Assembly (NCBI GenBank): GCA_049972095.1
Contig: JBMFKQ010000029.1
Location: 1-18,629 of the forward strand
Direction of reading: 5' to 3'
Origin: Elusimicrobiales bacterium
GTDB taxonomy: Bacteria; Elusimicrobiota; Elusimicrobia; Elusimicrobiales; UBA9959
Length of the DNA: 18,629 bases
The translations under genes were made by a program, and so were the position numbers. Positions 7,737-16,892 of the stretch are shown here, in pieces (the first letter of the stretch is position 1; every line of letters starts with the position of its first letter). The notes beneath the pieces are model-generated. The model saw only the letters and a list, made by a program, of their open reading frames with translations, was not told the DNA's origin and did no database searches.

Positions 7737-9833
7737 ATGATTACAAAAGGGCGTAGATCAGTCTATATCACAGCAACTGCAATGACACTTTTCTTTATTA
7801 TTTTTTATTTCGTTGATTTTATCCTTAAAAATGAGCGCTTTATCTCAATGCTTGAAACAAAATGGTTTGATTTCAAGCTAAGCTATAACAATCCTTTTGC
7901 CCGGATTCTTGGTTCATCTCCAAAGGATGCTGATAAAAGGATACTTATTGCCGCGATAGATGAGAAAACAATTAGTAGATATGGATGGCCTTTTCCAAGA
8001 AGATACTATTCTACACTGATAGAGAATCTTATAGGTTATGGTGTTAAAATTATAGCATTTGATGTTATGTTTTTTGATCCTGACAGGAATAACCCTCAAA
8101 GTGATGAGATCTTTGCAAAGACTGTGAGAAAATATTCTGATAGAATAATTCTTGCTGTTTCAATTGATGAAAATTTCAATATCAAAAAACCTTTTGATCT
8201 TCTTCATAAATCAGCAGTTAACTTTGGTTCTGCATTCGCGGGAGATATGATGGACTATGATGGAAACATAAGGAAGATTTATCCTTTTATTCCACTTCCT
8301 GTTTTTTATAACGGCTTTGAGAAGAATTTCTATTATTTAGATATCTGTCACCAATGCCCAGATAATATGAAAGGCATTGGAATTCCAACTCTTGGAACAA
8401 TGGCTTATATTAGATATAGCTCATCTGATATTTTTCTTAATTTTCAGAAATGGAAAAACAAAAGATTTTATATTAATTTCAGAAAGCCACTAAAAGATAA
8501 ATCCTTACAAACTGTAATGTATAAAGCCTTATCTGTTGTAGATATAATAGAGAAAAAATTGGGTGATGATGAAAAAAAACTTTTAAAAGATTCTGTTGTC
8601 TTTGTTGGCTCAACATCTCAAGGTGCTTTTGATCACTATTCAACTCCAGTATCTATTCACACGCCGGGTGTTGAGATTCATGCACTGTGTATTGATAACC
8701 TTCTAAATGATGACTATCTTAGAGGTATGCCTTGGTATCTGGATATTATCCTGCTTGTTTTTTTTATATGGCTTCCTGTTATACTTTTAAAAAGATCAGT
8801 TATAAGAATTGTGATCTTTAATTTCATACCTATTTTTTTTATTATGCTTTTATCTATGTGGTTAGTTAAATATCACCTTAATCATCTTTTTATGGCATTC
8901 TTTTTTCCTAATGCTGTTAGTTTTGTATATATAGTTGCTTACAAGTCCATAGTCGAGGACAGGCAGAAAAGATGGATAAAAAACACATTTTCACAATACC
9001 TATCACCTGAGGTTGTTGATATACTTGTCAAGGACCCATCAAAACTGAAACTTGGAGGAGAAAGAAGAGAAGTGACGGTTCTTTTTATGGACATAGCAGG
9101 TTTTACATCAATGAGTGAAAAGATGAGTCCTGAAGAGGTTACAAATATTTTAAATTTTTACCTTTCATCTTTAAGTGATATAATACTTGAAGAAAAAGGG
9201 GTTATAGACAAATATATTGGGGATTGTATAATGGCTTTCTGGAATGCTCCTGTTGATGTTGAAAGACACAGAGCAAAGGCCATTAGATCTGCAATAAGAT
9301 GTGTTAAGGAGATTGAAAGATTAAATGCTAACAGTGGTATGCCCTCAATAAAGCTCAGATTTGGTATCAACAGTGGATATGCTGTTGTTGGAAATATGGG
9401 ATCAAGCAAAAGGTTTTCATACACTGTTTTGGGAGATACAGTAAATCTTGCATCAAGGCTTGAGGGAGCAAACAAGTTTTTTGGCACATCTATAATAGCA
9501 TCCATAGACACTGTTAGTCAATGTAAAGATGAGATAGTTTTTAAATATATTGGTAGGATTCTCGTTGTTGGGAAAAGTGCTCCTGTTGAGGTTTATGAAC
9601 CTTTCAAGCTCAAAGATGAAATGAAGAGTTGTGATTACGAGTTTATGAAAAACTTTGAAAATGGTATAAAATATTTTTATGAAAAAAGTTATGATAGAGC
9701 ATCAGTTTTTTTTGAAAAAGCCCTTTCAATTAATCCATATGATGGACTATCTGTTTTTTATAAGAAGTTTTCTTGTGAGCTTAAAGAAGGTAGAGAAGGT
9801 TTTGATGGTATTTTTAACATAAGGAATAAATGA
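7737..9833 (+). CDS. CHASE2-domain class III adenylate cyclase
   Basis: CHASE2 motifs (IDEKTISRYGWPFPR, IAFDVMF, DYDGNIR, PGVEIHA) and three TM helices; cyclase motifs FSQYLSPEVV, LFMDIAGFT, DKYIGDCIMAFWNAP, YTVLGDTVNLASRLEG. The Lys/Thr pair indicates ATP specificity (class IIIb type). Ends in a TPR-like helix. Confidence 0.93.
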   Translation: MITKGRRSVYITATAMTLFFIIFYFVDFILKNERFISMLETKWFDFKLSYNNPFARILGSSPKDADKRILIAAIDEKTISRYGWPFPRRYYSTLIENLIGYGVKIIAFDVMFFDPDRNNPQSDEIFAKTVRKYSDRIILAVSIDENFNIKKPFDLLHKSAVNFGSAFAGDMMDYDGNIRKIYPFIPLPVFYNGFEKNFYYLDICHQCPDNMKGIGIPTLGTMAYIRYSSSDIFLNFQKWKNKRFYINFRKPLKDKSLQTVMYKALSVVDIIEKKLGDDEKKLLKDSVVFVGSTSQGAFDHYSTPVSIHTPGVEIHALCIDNLLNDDYLRGMPWYLDIILLVFFIWLPVILLKRSVIRIVIFNFIPIFFIMLLSMWLVKYHLNHLFMAFFFPNAVSFVYIVAYKSIVEDRQKRWIKNTFSQYLSPEVVDILVKDPSKLKLGGERREVTVLFMDIAGFTSMSEKMSPEEVTNILNFYLSSLSDIILEEKGVIDKYIGDCIMAFWNAPVDVERHRAKAIRSAIRCVKEIERLNANSGMPSIKLRFGINSGYAVVGNMGSSKRFSYTVLGDTVNLASRLEGANKFFGTSIIASIDTVSQCKDEIVFKYIGRILVVGKSAPVEVYEPFKLKDEMKSCDYEFMKNFENGIKYFYEKSYDRASVFFEKALSINPYDGLSVFYKKFSCELKEGREGFDGIFNIRNK

Positions 9834-10534
9834 TGGAGATATTCTGGCGGCTTTTATTATCACATTTTATTGCTGACTTTACACTTCAAACTAACTGGAT
9901 AAATAGGATAAAAAGAGAAAAAACCATAGGTATTCTTGTTCATGTCTTAATTCATCTTCTGACTACCTATTCTCTTCTTTATCATTATCTTTCAAAAACA
10001 TGGTTTAATAGGATCTTTAATGGGTATCTCATGATTTTTATCATTTGTCTGCTTCATTTTGCTGTTGACCAGATTAGAGTGTATATTATAAAAAAAGAGG
10101 TCTATCCTGACAACACTCTCAATTTCCTTGTTGATCAGTTTTTCCATCTGTATTTTGTATTCATATTTTCTCCCTTTACAAATGTTCCTACTGATTTTTC
10201 TGGTGAGAGGATTGTGATGATTCTTTTATTTCTTGCTATTGTTAGCCACACAACAACAGTTTTTATCTACTATATAGAAAAGGATCTAACCAACGCTTCA
10301 TTCCCAAGCTTTGATCAGAAGTATCTTATGATATTTGAAAGGATTGTTCTTTTTGGAGTTTTTATGATAGAGGGAAGGATTTGGTATATAGTTGCTGTTC
10401 TTTGGATAGCACAGCTTTATTATATAAAGCGGAAAAAAATTACTGACATAAGCTGGATTAATTTTGTGATAAGTATTATTATGTCTTTTGTCTGTGGTCT
10501 TCTTTCAAGATACTATTATTATGGAGGAATTTAA
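9830..10534 (+). CDS. DUF3307-family membrane protein
   Basis: LLSHFIADFTLQ, HVLIH, HFAVD and DQFFH His/Asp motifs in a multi-TM protein; ATGA overlap with the cyclase stop. Confidence 0.8.
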   Translation: MMEIFWRLLLSHFIADFTLQTNWINRIKREKTIGILVHVLIHLLTTYSLLYHYLSKTWFNRIFNGYLMIFIICLLHFAVDQIRVYIIKKEVYPDNTLNFLVDQFFHLYFVFIFSPFTNVPTDFSGERIVMILLFLAIVSHTTTVFIYYIEKDLTNASFPSFDQKYLMIFERIVLFGVFMIEGRIWYIVAVLWIAQLYYIKRKKITDISWINFVISIIMSFVCGLLSRYYYYGGI

Positions 10535-11065
10535 ATGGGAAGGATAGTTATAAAAAAAGGTGATATTACACTTGAAAGTGTTGATGCTATAGTAAATGCT
10601 GCGAACTCATATCTTAGTGGGGGTGGCGGTGTTGATGGTGCAATTCATAGAGCCGCAGGACCACGGCTTTATGAGGAATGCAAGAAAATAATATCATCCA
10701 TAAAGTATCTTGAGCCTGGTGGTGCTGTTATAACACCAGCGTTTAACATAAAAACTGTAAAATACATAATACACACTGTTGGACCTATATGGCGTGGCGG
10801 GAAAAATAATGAGGCAAAGATTCTTGAAAATGCTTATCTTAACTCACTCAATATTGCAAAGCAGAACAATATCAACACAATATCTTTTCCATCAATTTCA
10901 ACAGGAGCCTATGGTTATCCTGTTGAGGAGGCTTGTAAGATAGCTCTAAGTGTTATATCAAGAAATATTGATTTTTTTGATGAGATAAGAATGGTTCTTT
11001 TTTCAGATAGAGACTTTGAGATATATAAAACAGAATATGAAAGAAAGTATATTAAAAATGAATGA
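10535..11065 (+). CDS. Macrodomain protein, O-acetyl-ADP-ribose deacetylase (YmdB/MacroD-like)
   Basis: GDIT...DAIVNAAN..LSGGGGVDGAIHRAAGP, IIHTVGPIW, FPSISTGAYGYP. Confidence 0.95.
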   Translation: MGRIVIKKGDITLESVDAIVNAANSYLSGGGGVDGAIHRAAGPRLYEECKKIISSIKYLEPGGAVITPAFNIKTVKYIIHTVGPIWRGGKNNEAKILENAYLNSLNIAKQNNINTISFPSISTGAYGYPVEEACKIALSVISRNIDFFDEIRMVLFSDRDFEIYKTEYERKYIKNE

Positions 11066-11687
11066 ATGCACCCTCATAGATAATGCAAGGTTTATCATTG
11101 TTGATGTTGAAACCACAGGGCTTGATCCTAACAAGGATAGAATATGTGAGATAGCCTACATAGAGATGATTGGAATAAAGAATGATGTGAAAAGTTTTTC
11201 AACACTTGTAAACCCTGCTATTGATATTCCCTCTAACATTACAGAGATCTGTGGTATATCTAATGATGATGTTAAAAATGCACCCTTCTTCAAGGATATA
11301 GCAGCTAAGATAATAGGGGATTTTTATAACTCAATTCTTGTTGGTCATAACATCCTCTTTGACTTTTCGTTTATAGACTCAGAGATAAAAAGACTTGGGC
11401 TCAAATTTCCTTGTGTCAAGCTTGTTGATACTGTGACACTTTCAAAGAGATTTCAACCCTTTACACACACACCAAACCACAAGCTTAAAAATATAGCACG
11501 CTCAATAAATCTTATATCTGATAACTGGCATAGAGCAGCAAACGATGTTGAAATAACCAAACAGATATTCACATACTTTATGACAAAACTCATCAAGGAT
11601 TATGGTATTAAAACGGTCGATGAGCTTATCAGGATAGCAAAGCCTTTTCAAAGAGGAAGTAATAATGAAAATCCTTCTGCCCTTTGA
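11058..11687 (+). CDS. DEDDh 3'-5' exonuclease (DnaQ/PolC-exonuclease-like)
   Basis: ExoI DVETTG, ExoII GHNILFD, ExoIII HRAAND. Start set at ATG 11058, giving an 8-nt ATGAATGA overlap with the macrodomain stop. Confidence 0.92.
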   Translation: MNECTLIDNARFIIVDVETTGLDPNKDRICEIAYIEMIGIKNDVKSFSTLVNPAIDIPSNITEICGISNDDVKNAPFFKDIAAKIIGDFYNSILVGHNILFDFSFIDSEIKRLGLKFPCVKLVDTVTLSKRFQPFTHTPNHKLKNIARSINLISDNWHRAANDVEITKQIFTYFMTKLIKDYGIKTVDELIRIAKPFQRGSNNENPSAL

Positions 11688-13194
11688 TTTCTCTATTGAG
11701 GATATAGATGCTATAACCTCACCAAAAAATGTTTATGAGCTTAGAAAGAATGCAGAAAAAATGATATCTCTTGTAAGAGAGGAGCTAAAAAAACTTATAG
11801 AAAAGGGTGAGGTGATGTATGGAATAAATACGGGCTTTGGTGAGCTTGCAAGCAAAAATATATCAAAGCAGGATCTTAAAAAACTTCAGATAAATCTTAT
11901 AAGAAGTCATGCATGTGGGGTGGGATATCCTTTGAGTGATGATGAGGCAAGGTTAATGATGCTTATAAGGGCAAATGAGCTTTCAAGGGGCTTTAGTGGG
12001 GTAAGACCTGTGGTTATAAACAGCCTTTGTGAGTTTCTTAACAAAGGTATTATACCTTATATACCTCAAAAAGGATCTGTTGGTGCAAGCGGTGATCTTG
12101 CTCCAAGCTCACATATGGCTCTTGCGTTATGTGGCGAGGGACTTGCAAAGTTTTATGGTGATGATAGATGGCAGCCATCATCTGTTATTCTTAAAAAGGC
12201 AGGGATCAAGCCGCTTGTGCTTGAAGAAAAGGAAGGGCTTGCACTTATCAATGGGACTCAAACAACAAACGCTATAGGTTCAAAGGCACTTTTAAAAGCC
12301 TTAAATGTTTTTTATACATCTATAATAGCAGGTGCTCTTTCAACGGACGCTCTTAAAGCCACTCCTAAAGCATTTGATAGAAGGATTGCATATGCAAAGC
12401 CATATTCAGGCCAGATATATGTTGCAAAAAAACTTTCAAAACTTCTTGAGAAAAGCCAGATAAGACAATCTCACATATTGAATGATTCAAGGATTCAAGA
12501 TCCCTATTCTATAAGATGTATGCCTCAGGTTATGGGTGCTGTTATGGAGTGGCTTTATAACTCAATTAAAGCGCTTGAGATAGAGTATAGAAGCGTGACT
12601 GACAATCCACTTGTTTTTTATGATAATGGAAGGATTGAGGTGTTATCTGGTGGAAACTTTCATGCACAATCCCTTGCACTTGCCTTTGATTCAGCTGCTA
12701 TTGCAGTATCCGTCAACACTGCTATGTCCGAGAGAAGAATAGCACAGCTTGTAAGTGATTTTAAGATTTTGCCGCCATTTCTTGCAAAAAATCCTGGACT
12801 TGAAAGCGGTTTTATGATAGCACAGGTTACAGCAGCAGCACTATGCAATGAAAACAACATACTTTCACATCCAGCATCAGTTTTCTCAATCCCAACATCA
12901 GCAAACAAAGAGGATTTTGTTTCTATGGGGACAAACTCTGCTATAAAACTCAAAAAGATAGTTTCAAACTCTGCCCGGGTTGTAGCCATCGAGCTCATTG
13001 CTAGTTCAAAAGCAATTATGTATCACAGACCTTTAAAGACATCTCCTATTCTTGAAAAGGTAATAGAAAAAGTTATAAACATCGTTGGAGATCTTGAAGG
13101 TGATGTTGAGCTTTCATCAAAAATTGAGTCTGTTGCTGTATCAGTAAGTGATGGGGATTTTCTTATTGATGTTTCAGATATATTAAAAGAATAA
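11665..13194 (+). CDS. hutH: Histidine ammonia-lyase
   Basis: YGINTGFG, NLIRSHACG (SH motif typical of His-specific lyases), MIO-forming GSVGASGDLAP, KEGLALINGT, QDPYSIRCMPQ, SGGNFH, SANKEDFVSMG. Confidence 0.97.
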   Translation: MKILLPFDFSIEDIDAITSPKNVYELRKNAEKMISLVREELKKLIEKGEVMYGINTGFGELASKNISKQDLKKLQINLIRSHACGVGYPLSDDEARLMMLIRANELSRGFSGVRPVVINSLCEFLNKGIIPYIPQKGSVGASGDLAPSSHMALALCGEGLAKFYGDDRWQPSSVILKKAGIKPLVLEEKEGLALINGTQTTNAIGSKALLKALNVFYTSIIAGALSTDALKATPKAFDRRIAYAKPYSGQIYVAKKLSKLLEKSQIRQSHILNDSRIQDPYSIRCMPQVMGAVMEWLYNSIKALEIEYRSVTDNPLVFYDNGRIEVLSGGNFHAQSLALAFDSAAIAVSVNTAMSERRIAQLVSDFKILPPFLAKNPGLESGFMIAQVTAAALCNENNILSHPASVFSIPTSANKEDFVSMGTNSAIKLKKIVSNSARVVAIELIASSKAIMYHRPLKTSPILEKVIEKVINIVGDLEGDVELSSKIESVAVSVSDGDFLIDVSDILKE

Positions 13195-13215
13195 GCTCTT
13201 AGATTAGGGGGGTGT

Positions 13216-14862
13216 ATGATAATAAGAGCACCAAGAGGGAATAGAATAACATGTAAAGGATGGGAGCAGGAAGCAGCAATGCGAATGCTTATGAATAACC
13301 TTGATCCTGAGGTTGCAGAGAAACCTGAGGAGTTGATAGTTTATGGTGGAAGGGGAAAGGCTGCAAGAAACTGGGAGTGCTTTAAGGCAATAGTTAAATC
13401 GCTTAAAGAGCTAAAGGATGATGAGACACTTCTTGTTCAGTCTGGAAAACCAGTTGGTATTGCTAAAACACATGAATATGCTCCAAGGGTTCTTATAGCT
13501 AACTCAAACCTTGTTGGTAATTGGGCAAAATGGGAGGTCTTCAATGAGCTTGAAAAGAAAGGGCTTATAATGTATGGGCAGATGACTGCTGGTTCGTGGA
13601 TATACATAGGAACACAAGGAATTCTTCAAGGCACATATGAAACCTTTGCAGCATGTGCGAAAAAACATTTCAATTCTGATCTTACAGGAAAACTTGTTGT
13701 AAGTGGTGGGCTTGGTGGTATGGGAGGAGCTCAACCACTTGCAATAACAATGAATAATGGAGTTGCAATAATAGTTGAGGTTGACCCACAGAGAATTCAA
13801 AAGAGGCTTAAAACAGGATATCTTGATACAATGACAGAAAAACTTGATGAAGCTTTAAAGATAGCTGAAAAGTATCTGAAAGAGAAAAAACCAATCTCAA
13901 TTGGGCTTCTTGGAAACTGTGCAGAGATACTTCCTAAGATGTATGAGATGGGAGTCAATGTTGATGTTATGACTGATCAAACATCAGCTCATGATCCACT
14001 TAATGGCTACATCCCTCGTGGATTGAGTCTTGATGAAGCAAAAGAATTAAGAGAGAAAGACCCTAAATCTTATATAGACAGAGCAATGGAGTCAATAGCA
14101 ATTCATGTAAAAGCAATGCTTGATTTTATGAAAAAAGGCACTATTGTTTTTGATTATGGAAACAACATAAGAACAATGGCTTATCAGAAGGGTGTTAAAG
14201 ATGCCTATTCATTTGCTGGTTTTGTTCAAGCATACATAAGGGAACTTTTCTGTGAGGGCAAAGGACCATTTAGATGGGTTGCACTAAGTGGTGACCCAAA
14301 GGATATATATTTTACAGATAAACTTGCAATTGAGACATTTCCAAAAAATGAAACAATGATTAGATGGATAAATATGGCATCAAAGAAGGTTCATTTTCAA
14401 GGGCTTCCAGCAAGAATATGCTGGCTTGGTTACGGGGAAAGACATATCCTTGGGCTTAAATTTAACGAGATGGTTAAAAAAGGCAAAATCTCTGCCCCAA
14501 TTGTTATAGGAAGGGATCACCTTGACGCAGGTTCTGTGGCAAGCCCTTTCAGAGAAACGGAGGCAATGAAAGATGGTTCTGATGCTATAGCAGACTGGCC
14601 TGTGCTAAATGCCCTTTTAAATACTGCAAGTGGGGCAAGCTGGGTAAGTTTCCATCATGGAGGAGGGGTTGGAATAGGATATTCTCTGCATGCTGGTCAG
14701 GTTGTTGTGTGTGATGGGAGCAGGAAGATGTCACAGAGGATTGAAAGGGTTTTAACAAATGATCCTCTTATGGGTGTTTTGAGACATTACGATGCGGGAT
14801 ATGAGAAAGCAGTAAGGTTTGCAAAGAAAAATAAGATAAAAATACCGATTAAGAAAACTTAA
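13216..14862 (+). CDS. hutU: Urocanate hydratase
   Basis: [88 protein letters not shown]. Confidence 0.98.
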   Translation: MIIRAPRGNRITCKGWEQEAAMRMLMNNLDPEVAEKPEELIVYGGRGKAARNWECFKAIVKSLKELKDDETLLVQSGKPVGIAKTHEYAPRVLIANSNLVGNWAKWEVFNELEKKGLIMYGQMTAGSWIYIGTQGILQGTYETFAACAKKHFNSDLTGKLVVSGGLGGMGGAQPLAITMNNGVAIIVEVDPQRIQKRLKTGYLDTMTEKLDEALKIAEKYLKEKKPISIGLLGNCAEILPKMYEMGVNVDVMTDQTSAHDPLNGYIPRGLSLDEAKELREKDPKSYIDRAMESIAIHVKAMLDFMKKGTIVFDYGNNIRTMAYQKGVKDAYSFAGFVQAYIRELFCEGKGPFRWVALSGDPKDIYFTDKLAIETFPKNETMIRWINMASKKVHFQGLPARICWLGYGERHILGLKFNEMVKKGKISAPIVIGRDHLDAGSVASPFRETEAMKDGSDAIADWPVLNALLNTASGASWVSFHHGGGVGIGYSLHAGQVVVCDGSRKMSQRIERVLTNDPLMGVLRHYDAGYEKAVRFAKKNKIKIPIKKT

Positions 14863-14866
14863 AGGC

Positions 14867-15658
14867 TTAATAGTGAGACAGATTTCCAAGTTTTCTTGAT
14901 GTATTAACAGCCTTTCTAAAACAGATGTAAGAGAAGGGTATGCTTATCACTAAAAAAACAAGAAGGATATAAAACTCTTTCAGTTCAAGCACACTTGCCC
15001 TTTGATAAATTATCTTTTGCACTGCACTTACAGAATGGGTTATTGGAATGAGGTTTGAGATGATAGAAATCTTTCCTAATACTTGTGGTGGAAAATATAT
15101 TGCGCCAAATATACTTTCAACAATTCCATAAAAAAAAGCAGCTATATTCCCTTTTTTAAAAATCACAAAGAAGGAAGCATTAATAAATGCAAAAGCACAA
15201 AATATCGCTGATGAGATGAATAGAAGAATTAATACTGATGGAAAATTAGCGTTTAATTTGATTATTTTAAGGTGACTGGCTATTGTTAAATAAAAAATTC
15301 CTTCAAGAGTTGCAAGTATAAATGAGTATAAATAGGCTGATACCATATAAGGTATAAAAAAGTTTTTTCTATTTGAGATGAACTCAAAAATCCCGTAGGA
15401 TATATCTGAATTTACAATCTGAATTACGGTTGAGTTCCCAGATGAGTAGTTGAATATAATAAATGCTGCAAAAACATAAGAGAAATAGTCCTGTCTATTT
15501 AGAATGTAATGCTGGATGTAAGCCTTGAAGAATTTATCTATGAAAAAAAATATACAGATGGTTATTGCAAGCGAAAGAAAATGTGCTATAAGTGAAAATC
15601 TGTAATGTTTTTCTAATAGAAGGTTTTTCACAATGTATCTTTTAATATCCTCAATCAT
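14867..15658 (-). CDS. ABC-2 type transporter permease
   Basis: About six TM helices; FGAIYFPPQVL...ISNLIPITHSVSAV, typical of the ABC-2 permease C-terminus; start overlaps the ATPase stop (ATGATTGA). Confidence 0.8.
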   Translation of the reverse strand: MIEDIKRYIVKNLLLEKHYRFSLIAHFLSLAITICIFFFIDKFFKAYIQHYILNRQDYFSYVFAAFIIFNYSSGNSTVIQIVNSDISYGIFEFISNRKNFFIPYMVSAYLYSFILATLEGIFYLTIASHLKIIKLNANFPSVLILLFISSAIFCAFAFINASFFVIFKKGNIAAFFYGIVESIFGAIYFPPQVLGKISIISNLIPITHSVSAVQKIIYQRASVLELKEFYILLVFLVISIPFSYICFRKAVNTSRKLGNLSHY

Positions 15659-16265
15659 CTATTTTTAGCTCACTATCATATACATCAAAAAATCTATTGC
15701 AGCTTGCAATGACAATACACCTCTCATTTTTAATTGAAAGGATAAATTTTAAGATAGAGTCTTGTGAAGCTTTATCTAAATATGCAAAAGGCTCATCAAG
15801 AAGAATATTTTTTCTTTTCTCCATAAAGCATTTTATAAGCGCAGCTTTTACTCTGTTGCCGCAGGAAAGCTCTGCAAACTTTAGATTAAGATTTTTTTGA
15901 TCCATATTTACAATATCAGCAAATCTTTTTATCTCGCTTATATCACAATGACTATAAAATCTCAGGTTTTCAACAACGCTCAACTGATGATAAAACATCC
16001 TATTTGGATCTGTGAATATTGAAACCTTATCATAAGGAAAGTTAATATAATCTGCTTTAGCGCCATCTATTGAGACATATCCAGCTGAAGGTATAAGAAA
16101 GCCTGCTGCGATTTTAAGAAGTGTAGTTTTACCACTCCCATTTCTTCCCAGCACCATATGTATCTTCCCATCATCAAATAGAGCAGTAAAATTTTTAAAA
16201 ACCTCTTTTTTGAAACTGGAAAGCACCCTTTTGTATGAGAATGAAACATCTCTAAGTTCTATCAT
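15651..16265 (-). CDS. ABC transporter ATP-binding protein (short, with degenerate motifs)
   Basis: Walker A GRNGSGKT, signature-like LSCGN, Walker B/D-loop ILLDEPFAYLD; the H-loop reads IASC instead of ..SH. Confidence 0.88.
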   Translation of the reverse strand: MIELRDVSFSYKRVLSSFKKEVFKNFTALFDDGKIHMVLGRNGSGKTTLLKIAAGFLIPSAGYVSIDGAKADYINFPYDKVSIFTDPNRMFYHQLSVVENLRFYSHCDISEIKRFADIVNMDQKNLNLKFAELSCGNRVKAALIKCFMEKRKNILLDEPFAYLDKASQDSILKFILSIKNERCIVIASCNRFFDVYDSELKIDD

Positions 16266-16831
16266 CAGATTAAATGGGATATTAAAACTTTAAATCCTAT
16301 TAGTATAAGAATTGATCCTGCTATAAACTCCATTTTCTTACCAAAAATTTTTTTTCCTTTATAACCCATAATTATTCCCAGCATACTCACAAGAAAAGCA
16401 ACAATACCTATTATTATAACCGGGATCAGAATTGACATTTTTAATAATGAAAAGGTAAATCCAACTGCAAGAGCATCTATGCTTGTTGAAATAGAAAGAA
16501 TTATCAGGGTTTGAATGCCAAAAGGGCATGCTGTATTTTTACTACAGTTAAACTCCTCTATTTTATAACTCTCATAGCTCATCTTGATTCCTATTGCAAC
16601 AAGAAGAAAAAAAGCAATCCAATGGTCAAAACCTTCTACATAGTTTATTGCTCCAAATCCTGCAAGATAACCTATAAGCGGCATTATACTCTGAAAAAAA
16701 CCAAAGAAAAAAGACATTTTAACAAGATTTTTAAAATTAAAAAACCTCATTGTCCCACCGCTTGATATACTAACAGCAAAACAATCAAGTGAAAGGCTTA
16801 TAGCGATAACAAAAATTTCAATCCAGCTCAT
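16265..16831 (-). CDS. mntP: Manganese efflux pump MntP family protein
   Basis: AISLSLDCFAVSISSG, FFGFFQSIMPLIG, DHWIAFFLL, ISTSIDALAVG, KMEFIAGSILILIG. Confidence 0.93.
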   Translation of the reverse strand: MSWIEIFVIAISLSLDCFAVSISSGGTMRFFNFKNLVKMSFFFGFFQSIMPLIGYLAGFGAINYVEGFDHWIAFFLLVAIGIKMSYESYKIEEFNCSKNTACPFGIQTLIILSISTSIDALAVGFTFSLLKMSILIPVIIIGIVAFLVSMLGIIMGYKGKKIFGKKMEFIAGSILILIGFKVLISHLI

Positions 16832-16837
16832 AAAGAT

Positions 16838-16843
16838 ATTCTA
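16838..16843 (-). promoter_or_regulatory. -10 box candidate for mntP (leaderless geometry)
   Basis: Minus-strand TAGAAT lies 6 nt upstream of the mntP ATG; no SD and no convincing -35. Confidence 0.35.
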
Positions 16844-16892
16844 TAAAATGCATAGCTGTATAAAGCTAAAAATTTTGTATACTAAAAAGAAA

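Noticed and set aside
7737..11687. Cyclase + membrane protein + macrodomain + nuclease as an anti-phage system (Pycsar/Thoeris-like)
   Set aside because: The cyclase is a membrane CHASE2 sensor type with ATP-specifying residues, the macrodomain is a plain YmdB type, no TIR/SIR2/cNMP-binding effector is present, and the context is metabolic.
838..13800. Other short ORF-track entries inside the large genes (e.g. 838-1056, 1005-1241, 1413-1712, 4369-4770, 9158-9511, 12029-12277, 12660-12998, 13504-13800)
   Set aside because: All overlap well-supported genes on the opposite strand or in another frame and show no family motifs.
15697..16765. ORFs 15697-15900 (+), 16067-16249 (-) and 16511-16765 (+)
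   Set aside because: Shadows of the ABC ATPase and mntP genes.
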